Origin: Planctomycetota bacterium | GTDB lineage: Bacteria > Planctomycetota > DG-23 > DATKVD01 | Direction: 5' to 3' | Assembly: GCA_037439485.1 (NCBI GenBank) | Contig: JBBIVY010000005.1 | Span: forward strand, 1-61,290 | DNA: 61,290 bases | In this document: positions 29,033 to 38,403 of the stretch, piece after piece | How the letters are laid out: the number at the start of each line of letters is the position of its first letter | Position numbering within the stretch: the stretch's first letter is position 1 | The notes under the pieces: model-generated | The model's database searches: none | The model's input: only the letters and a program-made list of their open reading frames with translations | Told to the model about the DNA's origin: nothing | Made by a program: the position numbers and the translations under genes

Positions 29033-29056
29033 GCGAGGACTGAAGGAGAGAGACTC

Positions 29057-29362
29057 ATGAGCATCCTGATGACGATTCTGGCTGTTCTGCTCCTGGGCGT
29101 ATGCGTCGTGCTCGTGTTCCTCGTGCTGTCGCAGGACACGAAGGGCGGCGGCCTGGCGGGCGCGCTGGGCGGCTCGTCGGTGCAGACGGCGTTCGGCGGA
29201 CGCAGCGCGGAGAGCATCGCGAAACTGACGGCGTGGATCGCCGTGGGGTTCTTCGTGCTCATCCTCGCGATGAACATCATGTGGGACAAGTCGTCCCTCG
29301 GCCTGGGCCGCGGGGCAGGCGCGAATCCGCAGGCCCCGGCTTCTTCGAGCAAGGCCAAGTAA
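29057..29362 (+). CDS. secG: Preprotein translocase subunit SecG
   Basis: Two TMs with QDTKGGGLAGALGG..FG linker; follows tpiA. Confidence 0.9.
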   Translation: MSILMTILAVLLLGVCVVLVFLVLSQDTKGGGLAGALGGSSVQTAFGGRSAESIAKLTAWIAVGFFVLILAMNIMWDKSSLGLGRGAGANPQAPASSSKAK

Positions 29363-29375
29363 GGAAGGGCTCCGC

Positions 29376-29957
29376 ATGAAACGCGAAGAGGTCCTTCAGA
29401 TCCTGGGCGAGTCGGAGGCGCTGCTGACGGGGCACTTCGTCCTGTCGAGCGGGCTGCACAGCCCGAACTACCTCCAGTGCGCGAAGGTGCAGCAGTATCC
29501 CGCGCGGCTCGAAGCCCTGTGCGCGGACCTGGCGAAACAGTGGAAGTCCGCCGGCGTCACCGCCGTCATCGGGCTGGCGATGGGCGGGATCGTTTTCGCC
29601 TACGAGCTTGCGAGGCACCTCGGCGCGCGCGGCATGTTCATGGAGCGAGGCGAGTCCGCCAAGTTCGAGCTGCGCCGCGGCTGGGCCGTGGGGCCCGAGG
29701 ACAAGGTGCTCGTCGCCGAGGATGTCGTGACGACGGGCGGCTCGGCGAAGGAAGTGATGGACCTGCTCGTCGCGTCGGGCGCCAACGTCGTCGGCGTCAC
29801 GAGCCTCATCTGCCGCAACACGTCGGTGAGTTTCGGCGTGCCGTACCGTTACGTGATCGATTTCGACGTCCCGGCTTACAAGCCCGAGGCCTGCCCCCTG
29901 TGCAAGCAGGGGACGCCCGCGGTGAAGCCGGGAAGCCGTCCTGGGAAAAAGGCCTGA
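29376..29957 (+). CDS. pyrE: Orotate phosphoribosyltransferase
   Basis: GHFVLSSGLHSPNYLQCA, VAEDVVTTGGS, CPLC...KPGSR tail. Confidence 0.95.
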   Translation: MKREEVLQILGESEALLTGHFVLSSGLHSPNYLQCAKVQQYPARLEALCADLAKQWKSAGVTAVIGLAMGGIVFAYELARHLGARGMFMERGESAKFELRRGWAVGPEDKVLVAEDVVTTGGSAKEVMDLLVASGANVVGVTSLICRNTSVSFGVPYRYVIDFDVPAYKPEACPLCKQGTPAVKPGSRPGKKA

Positions 29958-29958
29958 C

Positions 29959-30837
29959 ATGATCCTCTCGATGACCGGTTACGGCCGTGCGCACACGGAA
30001 GGCGAAGGATACGCCCTCACCATCGAGATGCGCTCGGTCAATAACCGGTTCGTGAAGGTCTCCACGCGGATGCCCGACGCCTGGGAGCAGCTCACCGGCA
30101 AGATCGAGACGGTGGTGAAGGAGAAGATCTCGCGCGGGTCGGTGATGGTGACGATCCGCAAGGCCGGGTCGCTCGCGGGCGCGCGCGAATACGTGATCAA
30201 CAAAGAGGCCGTCGAGGAATATCGGCGGCAGATCAAGGATATCGGTCCTTGGGGGATGGACATCCCGCTCGCCGAGATCCTGAAGCTTCCGGGCGTGATC
30301 GGCTCAGCCGACGAAGGCGACAGCGACCTGGACGCGGTGTGGGCGCGGATTGAGTCGACGATGCGCCAGGCTGCGGAGGCGCTGCTCGTGATGCGCGCGA
30401 GAGAGGGAGAGAACCTCCGCGCGGCGCTCAAGGCCGTGACGAGCCACCTGGCGGAGCTGACCGCCGAGGTGCGTCGGCGCGCGCCCGACATGGTGGCGCG
30501 ATACCGCGACCGGCTCGCCGTGCGCGTGAAGGAGCTGCTCCGCGACGGGGATGTGGCCGTGTCTCCGAGCGATCTGGCGCGTGAGCTGGCGATCTACGCG
30601 GAGCGGTCGGACATCCGCGAGGAGATCGACCGGATGGAGTCGCACCTGAAGCAGTTCGATGCGCTGATGGATTCGGACAAGCCGGCCGGGCGGCAGCTCG
30701 AATTCCTCGTGCAGGAGATGTTCCGCGAGATGAACACCATGGGCTCGAAGTGCGCCGACGCGGACCTCGCGAAGGTCGTGCTCGACGGCAAGGCCGAGGT
30801 CGACCGGCTCAAAGAGCAGGTGATGAACGTGGAATGA
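29959..30837 (+). CDS. yicC: YicC/YloC family endoribonuclease
   Basis: MILSMTGYGR, EMRSVNNRF, DIREEIDR, GRQLEFLVQEMFREMNTMGSK, EQVMNVE. Confidence 0.95.
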   Translation: MILSMTGYGRAHTEGEGYALTIEMRSVNNRFVKVSTRMPDAWEQLTGKIETVVKEKISRGSVMVTIRKAGSLAGAREYVINKEAVEEYRRQIKDIGPWGMDIPLAEILKLPGVIGSADEGDSDLDAVWARIESTMRQAAEALLVMRAREGENLRAALKAVTSHLAELTAEVRRRAPDMVARYRDRLAVRVKELLRDGDVAVSPSDLARELAIYAERSDIREEIDRMESHLKQFDALMDSDKPAGRQLEFLVQEMFREMNTMGSKCADADLAKVVLDGKAEVDRLKEQVMNVE

Positions 30838-30840
30838 TTT

Positions 30841-30874
30841 CCCTCTTCCGTTGGGAGAGGGCCGGAGTGAGGGG
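30841..30874 (+). repeat. REP-like element filling the yicC-gmk spacer
   Basis: ccctcttccgttgggagagggccggagtgagggg, same family as 6598 and 28126. Confidence 0.7.
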
Positions 30875-30876
30875 CC

Positions 30877-31464
30877 GTGGCCAAACGTTGCGGAGCGATC
30901 ATCGTCATCAGCGGGCCGTCGGGCTCGGGCAAGACGACGATGGTGCAGCGGATTCTCGCGGCGGACCCGACGCTGGGCTATTCGGTGTCGGCGACGACGC
31001 GGAAGCCGAGGCCGGGCGAGGTGGACGGCCGCGATTACTTCTTCCTGTCGCGCGATGAGTTTGAGCGGCGGATCGCCGCGGGCGGATTCGCCGAGCACGC
31101 CGAGGTGTGTGGGAACCTCTACGGCACTCCCTCGGACGCGCTGGCCGGGGCGGTGAAAGAGGGGCGCGTGATGGTCCTGGACATCGACGTCCAGGGCGCG
31201 CGGCAGATCCGGAAGAAGTTCCCGGGCGCGACGTTCGTCTTTATCAAGCCGCCGAGCTTCGAGGTGCTTGCCGAACGGCTTCGCGGGCGGCGGACGGAGA
31301 CCGAGGCGCAGTTCAAGGAGCGCCTGAAGCAGGCGCATGAGGAGTTGGCCGCCGCCGGGGAGTACGACGTCGCGATCGTCAACGACCGGCTCGACGACGC
31401 GATCCATGAGCTCAAGGACCTGATCCGAAGGGTCAAGGAGAAACGGGATGCCGAACAAAGTTGA
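30877..31464 (+). CDS. gmk: Guanylate kinase
   Basis: ISGPSGSGKTT, SVSATTRKPRPGEVDGRDYFF, LDIDVQGA. Confidence 0.96.
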   Translation: MAKRCGAIIVISGPSGSGKTTMVQRILAADPTLGYSVSATTRKPRPGEVDGRDYFFLSRDEFERRIAAGGFAEHAEVCGNLYGTPSDALAGAVKEGRVMVLDIDVQGARQIRKKFPGATFVFIKPPSFEVLAERLRGRRTETEAQFKERLKQAHEELAAAGEYDVAIVNDRLDDAIHELKDLIRRVKEKRDAEQS

Positions 31465-31723
31465 CCTGAACACGCTGATCGAGATGCAGGGCGGTCCGTT
31501 CCGCCTGACGTCCATCGTGCAGAAGCGGATCCGCGAACTGGTCCGCGGCGCGCGGCCGTTGGTCGAGATGCCGAAGGGACGCCAGGACATGCTGGACCTC
31601 GTCCTGCGCGAGCTTGCCGAGGGACGCATCGAGGCCACCGAAGAGGCCCCCGAGGCGCCCGCGGAGCAGCTCTTCAAGCCCGTCGTCGATGATGACGATG
31701 AGGGCGGGGCGGCGGAGGAGTAG
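31448..31723 (+). CDS. rpoZ: RNA polymerase omega subunit
   Basis: GGPFRLTSIVQKRIREL..GARPL..ELAEGRI; conserved gmk-rpoZ-coaBC order. Confidence 0.85.
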   Translation: MPNKVDLNTLIEMQGGPFRLTSIVQKRIRELVRGARPLVEMPKGRQDMLDLVLRELAEGRIEATEEAPEAPAEQLFKPVVDDDDEGGAAEE

Positions 31724-31741
31724 CTTGTGGGAGGACCGGCC

Positions 31742-32281
31742 ATGAAGGGACGTCGCATCCTGCTCGGCGTGACGGGCGGCATCGCCGCGTACAAGGCCGC
31801 CGACCTCTGCTCCAAGCTCGTCCAGGCCGGGGCCGAGGTCGCCGTCGTGATGACCGACTCGGCGCAGCATTTCGTGGCGCCTCTCACCTTCGAGACGCTC
31901 TCGCGCCGGAAGGTCTACACCGGGATGTGGGACCCGGACCTGGAGTTCAACCCCACCCACATCGCCCTGGCCGATTGGGCCGAGCTGGTCGTCGTCGCCC
32001 CTGCCACCGCCAACATCATCGCCAAGCTGGCTCACGGCATCGGCGACGATCTCCTCTCCACCGTGCTCCTCTCGGTCAACGCGCCGGTGCTCGTGGCGCC
32101 CGCCATGAACAAGCGCATGTGGGAGAACCGCGTCGTCCAGGACAACGTCCGCCGGCTCAAGGAACTCGGCCACCAGGTCGTCGAGCCCGGTGAGGGCTAC
32201 CTCGCCTGCGGCGCCGTCGGCGTCGGGCGGCTCGCCGAGGTTCCGGACCTCATGATCGCCATCTCCGAGCGGCTCAAGTAG
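31742..32281 (+). CDS. coaC: Phosphopantothenoylcysteine decarboxylase (CoaC half of CoaBC)
   Basis: ILLGVTGGIAAYKA, APATANIIAKLAHG, APAMN..MW, LACG..G.GRL; GGAGG RBS. Confidence 0.92.
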   Translation: MKGRRILLGVTGGIAAYKAADLCSKLVQAGAEVAVVMTDSAQHFVAPLTFETLSRRKVYTGMWDPDLEFNPTHIALADWAELVVVAPATANIIAKLAHGIGDDLLSTVLLSVNAPVLVAPAMNKRMWENRVVQDNVRRLKELGHQVVEPGEGYLACGAVGVGRLAEVPDLMIAISERLK

Positions 32282-32332
32282 CCGTCATCCGTCGCGAAAT
32301 ACCTTCTGAAGCCATCCCAGCGGAGTCCGTCC

Positions 32333-32971
32333 ATGAACATACTCGTCACCGCCGGCCCCACGCAGGAATACATCGACGACGTGCGCTACATTACTTCGCC
32401 CTCCACGGGCAAGATGGGCTTCGCCGTGGCGGAAGCCTTTGCTGCGGCAGGACATACGGTGAACCTTGTCTCTGGGCCGGTGGCCCTTGCCGACCCCATG
32501 GGGGTCAAGGTGACGCGCGTTGTGTCGGCTGAGGAAATGCACGCCGCCGTGATGCAACTCCTTGATAGCGCTGAGGTTGTGGTGATGACGGCGGCCGTGG
32601 GCGACTACCGGCCGGCGGAGCGTTTCAAGGGCAAGCGGAAGCGCTCCGGCGGGAAACTGCTGTTGGAGCTGGTCGAAAATCCCGATATTCTTAGAGAAAT
32701 AGGGCAGCAGAAGGGGGGACGCATTCTCGTCGGGTTTGCCGTGGAATCGGACGCTGCGCGGCAGGGGGCCCTCGAGAAACTCCGCAGGAAGAACCTCGAT
32801 TTCATCGTGCTCAACGCGCCTTCGGCCTTCGGGGCCGACGTGACGAGCGTGGACATCATTGACCGCGGCGAGCGGACGATTTCGCTTCGCGGGACACCTA
32901 AGCGCGCGGTAGCCGAGCGGCTTCTCGACATCGTCGAGGAGTTCGCGCGGGGCAGGAAGGGCGGAGTCTGA
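32333..32971 (+). CDS. coaB: Phosphopantothenate-cysteine ligase (CoaB half)
   Basis: [56 protein letters not shown]. Confidence 0.9.
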   Translation: MNILVTAGPTQEYIDDVRYITSPSTGKMGFAVAEAFAAAGHTVNLVSGPVALADPMGVKVTRVVSAEEMHAAVMQLLDSAEVVVMTAAVGDYRPAERFKGKRKRSGGKLLLELVENPDILREIGQQKGGRILVGFAVESDAARQGALEKLRRKNLDFIVLNAPSAFGADVTSVDIIDRGERTISLRGTPKRAVAERLLDIVEEFARGRKGGV

Positions 32972-33420
32972 TGGAACGCATCGAAGTGCGGGTCACGGTC
33001 GACGAGCACGCGAAGGACCTCCCGCTTCCGGAATATAAGAGCGACGCAGCGAGCGGCATGGACCTGCTGGCGGCGAACCGCGAGGACATCGTACTGGCGC
33101 CGGGCGATATCAAGCTGATTCCGACGGGGCTGCACATCTCGATGCCGGCGGGGTTCGAGGCGCAGGTGAGGCCCCGTAGCGGCCTGGCGCTCAAGAACGG
33201 CCTCACGGTCGTGAACGCGCCGGGCACCATCGACGCGGATTACCGCGGGGAGATCGGGATCATCCTGGCGAACATCTCTCGGGAGCCGTTCACGGTGAAG
33301 CGCGGGACGCGCATCGCGCAGCTCGTCCTTGCGCGGGTGACGCACGCGACGTGGGTGCCGGTCGACAAACTCGACGACACCTCTCGCGGACACGGCGGTT
33401 TCGGCCATACGGGACATTGA
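32971..33420 (+). CDS. dut: dUTP diphosphatase
   Basis: [42 protein letters not shown]. Confidence 0.97.
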   Translation: MERIEVRVTVDEHAKDLPLPEYKSDAASGMDLLAANREDIVLAPGDIKLIPTGLHISMPAGFEAQVRPRSGLALKNGLTVVNAPGTIDADYRGEIGIILANISREPFTVKRGTRIAQLVLARVTHATWVPVDKLDDTSRGHGGFGHTGH

Positions 33421-33421
33421 C

Positions 33422-35839
33422 ATGGATCGTCCGAGCCTCGGACGCGTGATCTTCGGCGCGGCGCTGGTCCTCCTGACGGCGCTGACGCTTCTCAGCCTCC
33501 TCAGCCACGCCGGCAACCAGTATCCGTCGGAAGAATCCTGGCCGCCGTCGTCGGCGCAGGACAACTGGTGCGGCGTCGTCGGGTCGTGGATCTCGTCGGG
33601 CATCATCGGCGCCATCGGCGCGCCCGCGGCGTACCTGGCGGTCCTCCTCGGCATCCTGTGGGTCGTGCTGGCCTTCACGGGCCGCGAGATCCACACGCCC
33701 GCGCTGCGCATCGCCGGCATCCTGCTCGCCCTGGTCGCCACGAGCACCGTCTTCGCCTGGTATTTTCAGCGCGACGGCTACACCGTCGGCTGGTCGGGCT
33801 ATCCGGGCTACGTGGGCGACTTCCTCTCGACGTTCCTCGTGCGCTACCTGTCGTGGGCGGGCTCGCTTCTGATGTTGCTGACGGTGGGCGCGGTGGCGCT
33901 CTTCATTGCGACGGACATGCTGGCCTATGACTTCTTCGCGTGGCTTGTGAAGAAGATCCCCGGCTGGATCGCCTTCGGCGCCCGGGCCTTCTTCGGCCGG
34001 GTGGCGTCCGATCCGATCCTCGTCGGCGAAGGCGCCGGCGATGCGAAACCCGCGCGGAGATCGCGCAAGAAGGCCGAGCCGAAGGACGTGGACGACCCCG
34101 ACGTCTCCGACGACGACGAGAAGCTCGACGCGCCCGAGGAAGAAGACGAAGAGGAAGTCGTTGAGGAGAAGGTCGTCGTCGAGCCGAAGCGCGCCGCGGT
34201 GGATTTCCCCGAGGAGGAGGAGAAGCCCGAGCCCGCCCTCGAACCCGCCGCCGCGAGCCTGCCGACGGCGGCCGAGGCCGCAGGTTACGACGAAAAGGGC
34301 GACCCGAAGGAGCTTCCCGCCATCGAGGAGGCGTCCGGCGTTGCGAACGACGAGAATTACCTGCTCCCCGGCATCGACCTTCTGGACGTGAAGACCGAGG
34401 TCGACCCGACGCGCCACGACCATCTCATCCGCGAGAAGGCCCGCGTGCTCGAACGTTGCCTGGGCGAGTTCGGCATCGCCGTGCGCGTCGTCAGCATCGA
34501 CACGGGCCCCGTGGTCACGCTCTACGAACTGGAGCTGGCCCCGGGCATCAAGGTCGGCCGCATCATCGGCCTGTCGGACGACATCGCCATGGCGCTCAAG
34601 GCGCCGAACGTCCGCATCGTCGCGCCCATCCCGGGCAAGAGCACCGTCGGCGTCGAGGTGCCGAACCTCGACAAGGAGTTCGTCCGCCTGCGCGAGATCA
34701 TGGAGCAGTCGGAGGTCACCGAGTCGCGCTCCGCGATCCCGCTCTATCTCGGCAAGGATGCCGCGGGCGCTCCGCTCATCGTCGATATGGCCTCGCTGCC
34801 GCACCTCCTCATCGCGGGCGAGACGGGCTCGGGCAAGTCGGTTTGCATCAACTCGATCATCCTCAGCGTGCTGATGACGCGCACGCCGGGCCAGGTGAGG
34901 CTGCTGCTGGTGGATCCGAAGATGGTGGAACTGTCCGGGTTCAAGGACCTCCCGCACCTCCTCAGCCCCGTCGTGACCGACATGAAGAAGGCCGCGACGA
35001 TCCTCGAATGGGCCGAGACGAAGATGGACGAGCGATACGAGTTCCTGTCGCTCGCCAACGTGCGCAACATTGCGGGCTACAACCGTCTCACCGAGGCCGA
35101 GTTGCGCGAGCGATTCGGCATCGAGCCGAACGAGGAGATCGACCCGAAGCACCTGCCGACGCACATGCCCTACATCCTGATCGTCATCGACGAGCTGGCG
35201 GACCTGATGATGATGGCGCCCAAGGAGATCGAGACGTCGATCACGCGCCTGGCGCAGAAGTCGCGCGCCGTGGGCATCCACATCATCCTCGCGACGCAGC
35301 GGCCGAGCGTGGACGTCGTCACCGGCCTCATCAAGAGCAACCTCCCCGCGCGCATCAGCTTCCGCGTGGCGTCGAAGGTGGACTCGCGCACGATCCTCGA
35401 TCAGAACGGCGCCGACAAGCTGCTCGGTTCGGGCGACATGCTGTTCCTGCAGCCGGGCACGTCGAAGCTCATCCGCGCGCAGGGCACGTATATCTCCGAC
35501 AACGAAATCCAGCGCGTCGTCGATTTCGCCAAGGGGCAGAGCAAGCCCGACTTCTCGAAGGAACTCGTCAGCATCCAGGAGGGCGGCGAGCCGACCAAGG
35601 GCTCCGAGGACCCGCTCTACGACGAGGCCATCCGCATCGTCATCGAGAGCCAGCGCGGCTCCGTGTCGCTCCTCCAGCGCAAGCTCGAAATCGGCTACTC
35701 CCGCGCCGCGCGGCTCGTGGATTTCATGGCCGCCGACGGCATCCTGGGCTCCTACAAGGGCAGCCAGGCGCGCGAGGTGATGTTCACCCCCGAACAGTGG
35801 GAAGAAAGGATGGCGGCGAAAGGTGAGCCGTCGTCATAA
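33422..35839 (+). CDS. ftsK: DNA translocase FtsK
   Basis: 4TM N-terminal domain, acidic linker, PHLLIAGETGSGKS, VDPKMVEL, IDELADLMM, ATQRPSVDV, gamma domain SVSLLQRKLEIGYSRAAR. Confidence 0.96.
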   Translation: MDRPSLGRVIFGAALVLLTALTLLSLLSHAGNQYPSEESWPPSSAQDNWCGVVGSWISSGIIGAIGAPAAYLAVLLGILWVVLAFTGREIHTPALRIAGILLALVATSTVFAWYFQRDGYTVGWSGYPGYVGDFLSTFLVRYLSWAGSLLMLLTVGAVALFIATDMLAYDFFAWLVKKIPGWIAFGARAFFGRVASDPILVGEGAGDAKPARRSRKKAEPKDVDDPDVSDDDEKLDAPEEEDEEEVVEEKVVVEPKRAAVDFPEEEEKPEPALEPAAASLPTAAEAAGYDEKGDPKELPAIEEASGVANDENYLLPGIDLLDVKTEVDPTRHDHLIREKARVLERCLGEFGIAVRVVSIDTGPVVTLYELELAPGIKVGRIIGLSDDIAMALKAPNVRIVAPIPGKSTVGVEVPNLDKEFVRLREIMEQSEVTESRSAIPLYLGKDAAGAPLIVDMASLPHLLIAGETGSGKSVCINSIILSVLMTRTPGQVRLLLVDPKMVELSGFKDLPHLLSPVVTDMKKAATILEWAETKMDERYEFLSLANVRNIAGYNRLTEAELRERFGIEPNEEIDPKHLPTHMPYILIVIDELADLMMMAPKEIETSITRLAQKSRAVGIHIILATQRPSVDVVTGLIKSNLPARISFRVASKVDSRTILDQNGADKLLGSGDMLFLQPGTSKLIRAQGTYISDNEIQRVVDFAKGQSKPDFSKELVSIQEGGEPTKGSEDPLYDEAIRIVIESQRGSVSLLQRKLEIGYSRAARLVDFMAADGILGSYKGSQAREVMFTPEQWEERMAAKGEPSS

Positions 35840-37265
35840 GCCGCTTCCCCCGGTCTCTCACGGGACGGGCGCCTCCGCGCCCGCGAACTTCGTCGCCGTC
35901 GTCTCCCTCGGCTGCCCCAAGAACCAGGTGGACGCCGAGAACCTGCTGGGCAAGCTCCTCGCGCGCGACGTCGTCCTCTGCCCCGACCCGGCCGACGCCT
36001 CGGTCATCATCGTCAACACCTGCGGCTTCATCGCCCCGGCGCGCGAGGAAGGGGCCAAGGTCCTCGCCGACTGCATCGCCCTGCGCCATAGCGGCCCGTG
36101 CCGCCGGCTCATCGTCGCGGGATGCTGGGTCGAGCGCGACGAAAAAGAACTCCGAACGCGATTCCCCGAGGTCGACGTCTGGGCCGGGCTCCTCACCCCC
36201 GAACGCATCGCGTGGGTCATCAAGCAGGCCCTTGCCGGCGAGCCTTCATCGGGAGTGGCGGGTCAGAGCCCCGCCACTCACGGTCATAAGGGCGGCGGGG
36301 CTCCGACCCGCCGCCTCGGCGCCGAGAAACTCCGGGACGAATCCGCGCGCTTCCGCCTGACCCCCGGCCACTGGGCCTACCTGCGCATCGCCGACGGCTG
36401 CGACAACCGATGCGCCTACTGCACGATTCCTGAGATTCGCGGGTGCCTTCGCTCGAAGAGCGCGCCCGTCGTCCTCGCCGAGGCCCGCAAGCTCGCCGCG
36501 GAAGGTGTGCGCGAGGTCTGCCTCATCGCGCAGGACATCACCGCTTACGGACACGACCTCGACGGGAAATCACACCTGGCCTCGCTCCTGGGCGAGCTTG
36601 CGCGCATCGACGGAATCGAGTGGATTCGGCTTCTTTACACGCACCCGGCTCACTTCACCGACGACGTCATCGACGCCATGGCCTCCGAGCCGAAGGTCTG
36701 CCGATACGTCGACCTGCCGATCCAGCACATCAGCGATTCGGTCCTTTCGCGCATGGGACGCGGCATCGGCCGGGCGGGGGTCGAGTCGCTCGTCGCGTGC
36801 CTTCGCGCAAAGGTCCCGGGGCTCGTCATCCGCACCACCGTCCTCGTCGGGTTTCCGGGCGAGACGGAGGCCGACTTCCTCGAACTGTGCAACTTTCTGA
36901 GGGCCGCGAGATTCGAGCGCCTCGGCTGCTTCGCGTATTCGGTCGAGCCCGGCACCCCCGCAGCATCGATGGCGGACGCCGTCCCTGAGCCCGAAAGGCG
37001 CCGTCGCGCGGAGGAGATCATGCGCCTCCAGCAGCGGATTGCCTTCGAAATCGCCGATTCCTGGGGCGGCCGCGAGGTCCCGGTCATCCTCGACGCGGCG
37101 GTTGAAAAGCCGAAGGGTTTCATCGGCCGCACATATGGCGACGCGCCGGAGATCGACCCGGTGGTCCGCCTTGCCGGCGCCGGCCGCGTCGGCGAGATCG
37201 CGCGCGCCCGCATCGTTCGGCGCGAAGGGTACGATCTCGTTGGAAAACTCCTGCTTCGGCCTTGA
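35823..37265 (+). CDS. rimO: Ribosomal protein S12 methylthiotransferase RimO
   Basis: SLGCPKNQVD, NTCGFI, GCDNRCAYCTIP, IAQD, WIRLLYTHP, DLPIQH, DAPEID. Confidence 0.93.
   Translation: MSRRHKPLPPVSHGTGASAPANFVAVVSLGCPKNQVDAENLLGKLLARDVVLCPDPADASVIIVNTCGFIAPAREEGAKVLADCIALRHSGPCRRLIVAGCWVERDEKELRTRFPEVDVWAGLLTPERIAWVIKQALAGEPSSGVAGQSPATHGHKGGGAPTRRLGAEKLRDESARFRLTPGHWAYLRIADGCDNRCAYCTIPEIRGCLRSKSAPVVLAEARKLAAEGVREVCLIAQDITAYGHDLDGKSHLASLLGELARIDGIEWIRLLYTHPAHFTDDVIDAMASEPKVCRYVDLPIQHISDSVLSRMGRGIGRAGVESLVACLRAKVPGLVIRTTVLVGFPGETEADFLELCNFLRAARFERLGCFAYSVEPGTPAASMADAVPEPERRRRAEEIMRLQQRIAFEIADSWGGREVPVILDAAVEKPKGFIGRTYGDAPEIDPVVRLAGAGRVGEIARARIVRREGYDLVGKLLLRP
36253..36315. repeat. Inverted pair of REP-like palindromes in frame within rimO
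   Basis: gagtggcgggtcagagccccgccactc (36253-36279) and ggcggcggggctccgacccgccgcc (36291-36315); the second closely matches the reverse complement of the first. Confidence 0.7.
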
Positions 37266-37315
37266 AATCCCGTTGCGCGCCTGCTATATTCAGGTGACCG
37301 CTTTCGGGGAAGATC

Positions 37316-37912
37316 ATGATATATAACGTCGCGAACCTCCTCACCCTGAGCCGGCTGGCGCTGGTGGTGGTGTTTTTCGTGACGCTCGGTTTCCAGTCGC
37401 TCTGGGCGGTGCCCGTGCTCGTCATCGCGGGGCTCACCGACCTCCTCGACGGCTGGGTGGCGAGGCGCTTCAACCAACTCACCGACTTCGGCCGCGTCGC
37501 CGACCCCGTCATCGACAAGATCCTCGTCTGCTCCGGCTTCATCTGGCTCGCCGCGCATTCGCCCGAGAGCGTCCTGTGCAAGTGGGCGGCCTGGCGTCTC
37601 GTCGTTCCGTGGATGGCCGCGATCATCGTCGGACGCGAACTGCTGGTTACGTCGCTCCGCAGCGTCGCGGAGGCGGACGGCGTCGTCTTCCAGGCCTCGT
37701 TCTGGGGAAAGTCCAAGATGGTCGTCCAGTTCGCCACGCTCGTCTACGGCGTCCTCGTGACGCTGGAATGGCTTAAGAAGGGGGTGGTTGCTGACGGCTG
37801 GCTCGTCGCCGGGCACATCCTCGTCTGGCTGACGCTCCTCGTCACCGTGATGTCCGGCCTTGTCTACCTCGTCCAGATCAACCGCCTCGTGCGAAAGCGG
37901 GACCGTGCGTAA
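37316..37912 (+). CDS. pgsA: CDP-diacylglycerol--glycerol-3-phosphate 3-phosphatidyltransferase
   Basis: NLLTLSR, TDLLDGWVARR..TDFGRVADPVIDK, RELLVTSLR, GKSKMVVQ. Confidence 0.93.
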   Translation: MIYNVANLLTLSRLALVVVFFVTLGFQSLWAVPVLVIAGLTDLLDGWVARRFNQLTDFGRVADPVIDKILVCSGFIWLAAHSPESVLCKWAAWRLVVPWMAAIIVGRELLVTSLRSVAEADGVVFQASFWGKSKMVVQFATLVYGVLVTLEWLKKGVVADGWLVAGHILVWLTLLVTVMSGLVYLVQINRLVRKRDRA

Positions 37913-38399
37913 GCTCGTCGTCACCTTCTTCGGCCTCGGCTTCGGCCCCATCGCCCCCGCCACGTGGGGTTCCTTCGGCGCCGCGCTCGTGTTTCTCACA
38001 TGCCAGTGGCTCATTCCCGGGGGCGTGCCGTGGCAGGCGCTTGCGGCGGGAGTCGTGCTCGCCTCCGCGGCGTGCGCATCTCTCGGCAAATGGGCGCAGG
38101 CGGAGTTCAAGGCCAACGATCCCAAGCCCGTCGTCATCGACGAAGTCGCCGGCCAGTGGCTGAGCCTGCTCTTCGTGCCCGTCGGCTTCGGATGGCACGC
38201 CGTGTGGGTGACGGGCGCGGCGTTCGTGCTCTTCCGTGTCTTCGACGTTCTGAAACCTCCGCCCGCGCGGCAGCTCGAGCGGCTTCCGGCCGGCTGGGGC
38301 ATCCTCCTGGATGACCTCGCCGCAGGCGTGATGACGAACATCGTTCTCCGTGTCGGCCTCTGGGCGGTTCTCCGTTTCCACGTTCTCGGAGCCAGTTGA
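37905..38399 (+). CDS. pgpA: Phosphatidylglycerophosphatase A
   Basis: GLGFGPIAPATWGS, DPKPVVIDEVAG, FRVFDVLKP, GILLDDLAAG; GTG start at 37905. Confidence 0.92.
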   Translation: MRKLVVTFFGLGFGPIAPATWGSFGAALVFLTCQWLIPGGVPWQALAAGVVLASAACASLGKWAQAEFKANDPKPVVIDEVAGQWLSLLFVPVGFGWHAVWVTGAAFVLFRVFDVLKPPPARQLERLPAGWGILLDDLAAGVMTNIVLRVGLWAVLRFHVLGAS

Positions 38400-38403
38400 A
38401 CCC

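Noticed and set aside
29362-29376. tRNA expected after secG; tRNA/rRNA elsewhere
   Set aside because: No space after secG and no cloverleaf/T-loop pattern recognised in any intergenic region.
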